DNA of 64,000 nt from Felis catus (taxonomy: Eukaryota): contig NC_058373.1 of NCBI RefSeq assembly GCF_018350175.1, forward strand, positions 109,308,001-109,372,000, given 5' to 3'. The notes under the pieces were generated by a model, which was given only the letters and a program-made list of their open reading frames with translations, was not told the DNA's origin and searched no databases. Shown here one piece after another: positions 56,098 through 64,000 of the stretch. Each line of letters starts with the position of its first letter. The first letter of the stretch is position 1. Both the position numbers and the translations under genes were made by a program.

Positions 56098-58213
56098 CAC
56101 ACAGGGCTGCTGCTGGTTGGACATTTCCCCGACTGGACAGAGAAGGCCAGCCTACAGAATGAAGGTTACTCCCCAGGGGAAGCCCTGCGGGGAGGGACCA
56201 ACAGAAAGGATTCTGCCCAGGGATTTTCTCAATTTTCTTTTTTTGCTCCAGCTAGATGGAGCTGAGTTTTTGTTGCCACCAAACAGTTACGAAATGTGAA
56301 AGGCCCTGTTTATTTACAGGGCTTTATTACTTCCATTTCTTAAAATAGCTGCACCCAGAGGGTATCACCTCTGTTTTACAGGTGAAGTATTTTGGTTATT
56401 AAATGCTGTCTCATTTAATCATCAGAATAATCCATAAGATGTCTGCATGCCTGTTTTTCTTTGTTCTCATTTTTCTGATAAACTGTGGGATGTTAAAAGG
56501 CTCTTGCTCCAAGGTGGGAGTCAAGTCCAGTTCTGTCTGACTGTGAGGCTGCTTCCTCAGCCTGCATTCTCAGCAAATGTAGGGTTACTTAACAGTAAAT
56601 AGATCAGTATCTATAACGTGACTAAGCTTTCGACCTAAAGAACAGAGAAAAATGTATTCATTGGCTTCCTCCACCCTCCACAAAATAGCCATTCACATCA
56701 TTGGCAAATATGTAAATTCTAGCTTATATCTATTTTTTTCTTTATCATCAAGATAAATGAGAATACCAACCAATATTCATGTTGGAACTACATTATCATC
56801 AATGACCATTGCAGGTCATCCACAGAGTCAAGAGTTAGGCAAAAATCCTTGAATGTATCCTGTAAGAATCAATGGGCTGGTGCTGAATATTTTAATATTA
56901 CTTGCAAATTACGTGCTACACACATTTTACATCAACAGGATGTATAATAAATTTAAGTTTGTGTGCATATATATATGGATATGTATGTATATATATATGT
57001 ATATATATATGCATTTTTTAAGTCAACCAGAGTCAGCCATAAACATTTACCCACATGCTAGTGCCTAAATTCATCAATTCTGAGTTTAGCAATGCCAGTT
57101 CACACAGAAACCTTTCTTCTCAATATCTACATACCAGTCCAGAGGAAGCCCCTAAACGGGCCCTACCTGTGTCACCTGTCTACATGTCTGTGCCCGCACC
57201 AGGAAAGGTTGCAGAGGCAATGCAGTATAGGAACTGGCTCAGCCTGGGGTGTGCACTGGGCAAGACCATGTTTGGTCATCTCGCTGACTATCGAGACAGA
57301 CGCAGCACCTTAAAAGAAATACAGATGCTGGAGAAACAAGCACAAATAGATACCCATTTTAGTAAGTCCTCAGTAAATGGCAGTTACTATCACATAAAGC
57401 AGTTCTGACCTTTTAATCTCAGGAAAGAAAATTAGCGACAGTTTACTCACTCTGCAGTACATCTGACATTCTAAGGTTAAATAATCTCCAACTCATTTAA
57501 ATGTTCTCCTTTCCCCAAGGCGTCAATAGAGTTCCAGCCATTAGTTGTTTAGCATTCGTTCTTTCTTCTAATCACCATTTCTTGAGCTTCTGCTTCTTAA
57601 GGAACTGGGTCAGGTGCTGTAGATCCACTAAGTTTACTCTAAATTTGATAAATGGCAATCTAGCCTGATCACAAGCCCATCTGTTGTGTCTCAAACATCC
57701 TGCTCTGAATATGGCATCACTTCTTTAAAAAACAGTTTATGCCACCTCAGCTCCAGTAGGCTAATTGAACCAAACATGTTCAAAGAAGCAAACTCTAAGA
57801 ATACATTCCCAAATGTCAGCGCTGTCTAGGAGGAATGAAGAAACATATGGGATCCCAGCCATTCTTCAAATTATTCATGCCAAGGTGTCTGAGGGGGCTG
57901 GGCTCCAGAGAACAGCTTTATGCCTTCCAGAAAAGTCCTATGGTCATGTAATTCTAATTGTAACCTTAAAAAAATAGATTGTGCATTTAAAAAGTCATTG
58001 CAAAAAAAGATTCTTATCATAAAGGGCCATTATATTCCATTTGCAGTATAAAGCAATGTTAGAGCCTTAAAATTGGGCAAGAAATGTTGCTTATTATAAG
58101 AACATCCCTTGCATGTGACTGTAATAAAAGCCATCCACCCTGTACACCATCTTTGGGGAGATCAGGCCAGCATCTTCTCTGGAAAGGACTATAGGAGTCT
58201 TTGGGAAAAAAAT

Positions 58214-58218
<5 letters not shown>

Positions 58219-58258
<40 letters not shown>
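58219..58258. repeat. (TA)n microsatellite, ~20 units
   Basis: Seen directly. Confidence 0.97.
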
Positions 58259-58265
<7 letters not shown>

Positions 58266-59349
58266 CATCTTACTTACAAAGTGAACAAATGTCCCTTATT
58301 CTAGAAAGAAATAGATCAAAGTGGCTCAGATGTGTAAACCAGAGACAGTTAAAAGAGAGTTTTTTGTTTAAAGGATATGGGCCAAAAAGAAAACAGAAAC
58401 TCAGGAAGTTAAAGAAGTCAGCTCAGTTCAGATCAGGAGAGAAAGAACAGCCTGAAATAGCCATGCAACTCTAGGCCACAATCTGCATCATGGTCTAGGA
58501 GGATGGGAGGAAGAAACTAGGAAAGGGCAGGATGGGCTTGAGTGCCAACTGTATATTAGGTTCTGCATCAGCTATTTGTCATAGGTAATCACTAATCCTC
58601 AAAAATTTTAAAGATAGAAATTATTTACCCCCACATTAAAGATGGTGAAACTGACACTCAGAGAAATCAATAACTTGCCTTACATCACACGGTTAATAAG
58701 TGTCAGAACCAGAATTAAAGCTCAGAGCTATTTGGCTCCAAAACTTTATCCCCCATAGGTTGGCTTCAATGAAACTGAACAGTAATCAGTCCAAGTCCCA
58801 ACATCTAAAGGGGCAGGGGTGACCTTGATTCCAGTGTAGGCTGTCATTTATACCTGGGAGTGAAACTTGGGGAAAGCTCTAGACAGTAGCAATATTTTTA
58901 GTCAGGTGGGTGAAACAAAGAGGGAGTGGTAGAAAGACTAGTAGAGAAGGACACTCTGACTGATCAGAGGCAGCATCTCAGCCAATGACTTGGGATGAAT
59001 TTGGAAACAAGTCCAGTTTTGGGGAGAGGGGCTGGTATGGCTATTGTCAAGGTACCATCAGTCTGAGCTGGCAACTAAAATTCAAACCCAAACTGGAAGC
59101 CAAAGCCCCATCATATGGAATAGGCTGGAATAGGCACTGGGGGACAGAGGATGGGATGAAAGTTACAGCTCTCTAGGCTGCAAGCCCCTACTACTCATTC
59201 CAGATTCACTGCAACTGGGCTTAGGGCAGCAGGACCACATCTGGTGGGAACATACTTATATTCTTATGTCCTAAGACTGTGTCCACCTCTGAGTAGACTT
59301 AAGCCTACAGGTCAAATGTCTTTAGCACTGGTGCCCAAGCATGGCTTTC

Positions 59350-60255
59350 AGTAGAGGAGACAAACAACAAGCAAGAAAAACTATTTGCAAGCCAAAAAAA
59401 AAAAAATCTAAGAAAAGAAAAAGCAAGAGACTGAAACCAGACAAAAAAGTCAAGGGGAGGGGGAACACACTTTAGATTAAATGCCCAGAAGAAGTCTGTC
59501 TGTAGAGATCACATTTAAACTGCAGATTAGGGGACAGAAAGGAGCTAAGCCCAACAAGGTAGGAGAAAGAGCAGTCCATGCAGAAGGAATGACCCTTGTA
59601 TCAGGCCTCAGGTGAGGACAAGTTGGAGGCTTTACAGAAACCATAAGAAAGTGGGGCTGGAAAGGAGTGATAAGGAGGAGAGGAATGAAAAGTGAAGTTG
59701 GACATAAATAAATGCAATTGCATTCGGTTTGTAGACCAAGGCACGGAGTTAGAACTTCTCATCACAAAGTATAAAGGATAGCCACTGAGACATTTATACG
59801 TGGAGTGTGGCAATACCAGTCTGTGTCAGGAAGAAGCAGGAGAGAAGAGCATGAGACCAGCAAGAAGGCTGTTTTCATAATCCAGGCAAGAGGTGAGAGT
59901 GTGCCGAAAAATGAACAGTGGAGACAGGAAGAGGGCAGGATGGAGGGGAGTTGGGAGATAAAGTCAACAGAGACTCATTGATAGAATGGATGTGGAAAGT
60001 AAAGACCAAGGGAGGAATCAGGACTAACTTCTCTCTCCCTGACATCAGCAACTTGGTGAACAATGGTGCTATTGCCTGAAATGGGGAAGGACTGTCAGCG
60101 AAAGATACGTTCCAGGAGAAAAATCGAGAGCTGTGTTGTGGACATTTTGAGGTTGTTATATCCAAAGTGGAGATGTCAGGGAGGCAATTTGATGCATTGA
60201 GTCTGGAGTTCACAGGAAAGGTTTTGGTTCCTGAGAGCAGATGGAGACATCCCAA
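59350..60255 (-). mobile_element. L2 LINE fragment
   Basis: Purine-rich reverse L2 motifs (TAATCCAGGCAAGAGGTGA, TGGACATTTTGAGGTTG, GTCTGGAGTTCA). Confidence 0.7.
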
Positions 60256-61159
60256 CCAAGGGAATTCTGCAAGGATTTCCTCTTAAGTCATCTCCATTAC
60301 CTCTGTGTCTATATTGCCCACATGGGTTGCAGACTATGCTCTTTTTGTATCTTTCCCATCTTCAGCAAGGAGGAAGAGGGATAATGAGATAAGAGCCACA
60401 ACAAAAAGACTAAAGCCTTACAGCACTATTCATACGAGGAAAACACTTAAAACACTCTAACTCTCCATAGTAGGGACTAGGCTTAACTACGTTATTACAC
60501 ATTCCTTAAGTGAAATATAAGTCAGCCACTTGAAATTGCTGCTCTAAATCTATATTTATTTCCCAGTATGAAAGATATTCAAATTATATGGAAAAAGTAT
60601 TTTGCAAAACAACAAATGCTATATAATCATATCATTTATTTGTTAGAGATCAATTGATAACCATATTGGTATGATCTCTACCCCTGAGGAAAAAAAAAAA
60701 AGCCTTGAGAAATATATATTCATCAAAGTTTAAATTAGTGGTTGTTTTGGGTAGGGGGGATTCTGAGTGAATTTCACTTTCTTTTTTATACTTTAATGCA
60801 TTACCAGGCTATTTTTACACTGAACACACACTTCTATATGCATATGTTTTTACACCTGTCTTTATAATCAGAAAGAACAAAAACAGCCATTCTCACTTAG
60901 GAAGAAGCAAACAACGGTCGGAAGACTTCAGGTGGAAGCCAGAAAGAGCCAGGCTGGCAGCCAGCTGCTCTGCCACTGCCACGATCAAAACAGTTTGTGT
61001 TTATTCGATTCAACTCAACTCAACAAGCACTTCTCATGCAGCTACTCTGGGCCAGAGTCTAGTTAGATGATAAAGAAGCATAGATGAATCCAGCTTATTC
61101 CCTGACCTCAGTAAATTCACAAGAAAGTAACCTGACTCTAGATACACATTCATAGAAGA

Positions 61160-61540
61160 GTATATTCCTTGGATCAGGCTGTCATAATAAAATGCCACAG
61201 ACTGAATGGCTTACATAACAGAACTTTATTGGCTCACAATTCTGGAGGCTGGAAGTCCAAGATCAAGGTGTCAGTCAGCAGGTTCAGTTTCTTCTGAGGC
61301 CCCTATGCTTGGCTGGCAGACGGCCATTTTCTTGTTGTATCTTCACATGGTTTTTGCCCTGTGTGCCTGGTGTCTCTGTGTAGATACTAGTCAGACTGGG
61401 TTAGAGCCCACCTTAAAAACCCCACTTGAACTTCATCACCTTTTTAAAGGCCCTATCTCTAAATACAGTCATAGTCTTAGGTCCTGGATGTTATGATTTC
61501 AACATACCCATTTTCAGGGGGCACAATTCAGCCCGTAACA
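61160..61540 (-). mobile_element. MLT1B/A-like MaLR solo LTR
   Basis: CTCACAATTCTGGAGGCTGGAAGTCCAAGATCAAGGTG and GGGCACAATTCAGCCCGTAACA. Confidence 0.85.
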
Positions 61541-63139
61541 AGGTCCACAAAATTAAAACTTCAGTGGTAAGATTCCTATTTATTTTGTGATTTGCTATTG
61601 ATGCCTCTTAAATTTTCTGTGTAAACTATGCAGCAGGTATTCGAAAATATCTTACGAAACACTTAATAAGAATCATGTAAAGAAAATTACTCTTCTTATA
61701 AATGATTAGATACCATATGACATTTACTTTTATGCTTTACATTCAAAATACAGATAAATTGGCCAAAATGCAGAAATTACGATATTTTCATTTTAGGACC
61801 TATGCAACCTAGAAAAGAGTATTTAAAATAAATTTTCCAGAGAAGTGAGATTATATTTATTAATACAACAGAGCCTTGTAATCTATTAATAACTTTTCAA
61901 ATCACTTTGTCTTATGTGCAGTGAGGTGAATCAGGCTCAAATAAAATCAGGGATTAAAAAGCTGGAATCACCTACAAGTTTTCAAAAATATTTTTCTATA
62001 TGTCGTGTTCAAAAACTCTCACTTTGTTCAGGAATGCTCAACACCCATTCTCCTTTAAACTGTATTCCATATGGAAGGAAACAGAAAGCACTGCCTAATT
62101 AGAGGAGAGGTGGCTTCCCAAGGGACAAACACCTAACATAAGGTAGCTGCCCATGGAAACAAAAAATCAAGTGAAAGACTCTATTCTAAATTACAAACAA
62201 GCTTATTCCTTCTCAATATTCAGGATAATGCTAGCAACATGTCCTCTTCAGCACACTCGGAGGAAAAAAAAAAAGAATATTCCCTTCCTACCCTGCCTGC
62301 ATTCTTTTTTGTGCTAGATTCTACCTATGAAACAGGAAGAGAGCCAGTAGGGCTGCCAAATGAACAGCAGCATTTATCACCACAGTGCCGGATACAGGGT
62401 AAATACTCAGTAGATACAAAGTGGACATTTGTTTGCTTCTTCTCTGAAATGTATTTCCCTGGAGCTCCCTCTCTTTTCTCAATTGCACCCAAAATTCCTT
62501 TGACAGCCTCCATCTCTCAGTCTCCATCAAATAGTGTAGATAGCCTTAACCCCAATGCACTAATTCCCGGAGAGGAGTCTGCTTGGCTTAGGTCAATCAG
62601 CATTGCAGGTGTATGCTATATTCAAACACTGGTGAGCAAGAGGAACCCCCTCCCCACTATTTCCTCCACAAGATATAATTAGGGTAAATCTATCCAGAAG
62701 TTCTAATTCCCACCTCTTCTCCTAGATGTTCAATTTTGCAATCAACTTATAGATGATTCACTTTATGGATTCCCAGTAGCAAATAGCCAATCCCAGGATA
62801 ACTAACTCTGCAGTATTTGAAGAAGTGCTCACATATCTGACAATTGTCAAGGGTAACAAGTTTTGAAGTACTGTAACTAAAGAAGAGAGTTTCCTACAAA
62901 GGTGTGATAATTAAAAAAGAGGATAAAAAATAAAAATGTTCAAAAAAACTAATGGCAAGCAGTGGCTCTTGGAATCTGGGAGTCTTATGCCAACGATCTG
63001 GGAGGGAAGCGACCTGTTTATGTTGTTTTCTGTTTCTGAACCCAAATAGTTCTGGAAATCTTGACTCGGTTACCTGTTGGTGGTAGTGATTTCAGTGACA
63101 AATGTATTCCCTATTTTATCTGTTCCTATTACTGTGTTG

Positions 63140-63560
63140 TGTAATCAATTCCAGTTACTATGATAGCATAAAAATTATTCCCAAATTTCAGAATGACATC
63201 TAGTTTTCTCATGAATCTGAAATCTGAGTAGGACTTGGTGAAGACAGCTCATCTCCACATTACCGGCATTAACTGGGACAACTTGAAGGAGGGGGATTGG
63301 AATCATCTGAAAGCTTGCTCATTCACTTGCCCAATGGTTAGTGTGGGCCAGGGGCTGAGATCTTAGCTGAAGATGTTGGCCAGAACACCTATACAATGGC
63401 CCAGCTTCCCCACCACATGGGTACAGTTTTCCAAGAGCGAGTATCCTCACAGGGAGGGAGAAAGGGAAGGAGAGAGAGAAAGAACACAGTCACTTACTCA
63501 GATTCTTTTAGTGTTCCTTCCAGAAGACAGATTCCAGTTCTTAGCCATATCAGAGGCAGT
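63140..63560 (-). mobile_element. Old MLT1-like LTR fragment
   Basis: TCTCATGAATCTG..., GGAATCATCTGAAAGCTTGCTCATTCAC motifs. Confidence 0.5.
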
Positions 63561-63894
63561 TAGGTGAATATAAAGAAGCAGTAGAAGCTCCTGTGGATGA
63601 AACCAAATGGTCTGTTAATTTATTATAATAACCAACAATATCAGAATGGAGGAGAATGGGACCTTCTACTAAGCTAAAATACATAATCGTTTTTATAAAG
63701 ATTTAGTCACTGATTGTGCTGGGAGAAAGATTATATATTAAGAAAAGTGAAAATTGACAACCCCTTCAGTCTTTAATTTATCTCATAAAACTGTATTATG
63801 ACTCTTGTCTCTGATTGACAAGAGTATTAAAACCTAGAAAAAGAGCACCTAGGTGGCTCAGTCGGATTGACAAGAGTATTAAAACCTAGAAAAA

Positions 63895-64000
63895 GAGCAC
63901 CTAGGTGGCTCAGTCGGTTAAGCGTCTGACTTCAGCTCATCTCGTGGTTCGTGAGTTCAAGCCCCGCATCAGGCTCTGTGCTGACAGCTCAGAGCCTGGA
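63895..64000 (+). mobile_element. CAN-SINE (runs off window)
   Basis: GAGCACCTAGGTGGCTCAGTCGGTTAAGCGTC head. Confidence 0.9.

Noticed and set aside
62239..62682. 147-aa ATG-initiated ORF
   Set aside because: No recognisable domain or exon context, and partly overlaps L2/MIR-like sequence.

Overview
Mammalian (felid) genomic DNA, judged from about 24 felid-type tRNA-derived CAN-SINEs and carnivore L1s; the species cannot be resolved. The window holds the 5' end of KCNH5 (Kv10.2/EAG2 potassium channel) on the minus strand: a CpG-island promoter (~45.35-46.95 kb), coding exon 1 (45441-45513, [24 protein letters not shown]), a ~27.3 kb intron 1 and coding exon 2 (17987-18110, [41 protein letters not shown]). 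I did not find exon 3; it probably lies left of base 1. The rest is intron and upstream sequence filled with transposable elements: a near full-length disrupted L1 (1-6173), an old nested L1 (19.8-24.8 kb), nested LTRs, MaLR LTRs, DNA transposon relics, MIR/L2 and microsatellites. Almost all listed ORFs are repeat-derived or chance. I cannot support a wholly new biological system here. The best leads are regulatory: a spliced out-of-frame overlapping uORF over the KCNH5 start, a non-canonical RE1/REST-like site beside an NRF1-like site, and inverted repeats bracketing exon 2. Repeat family names come from recalled consensus sequences, not a database search.
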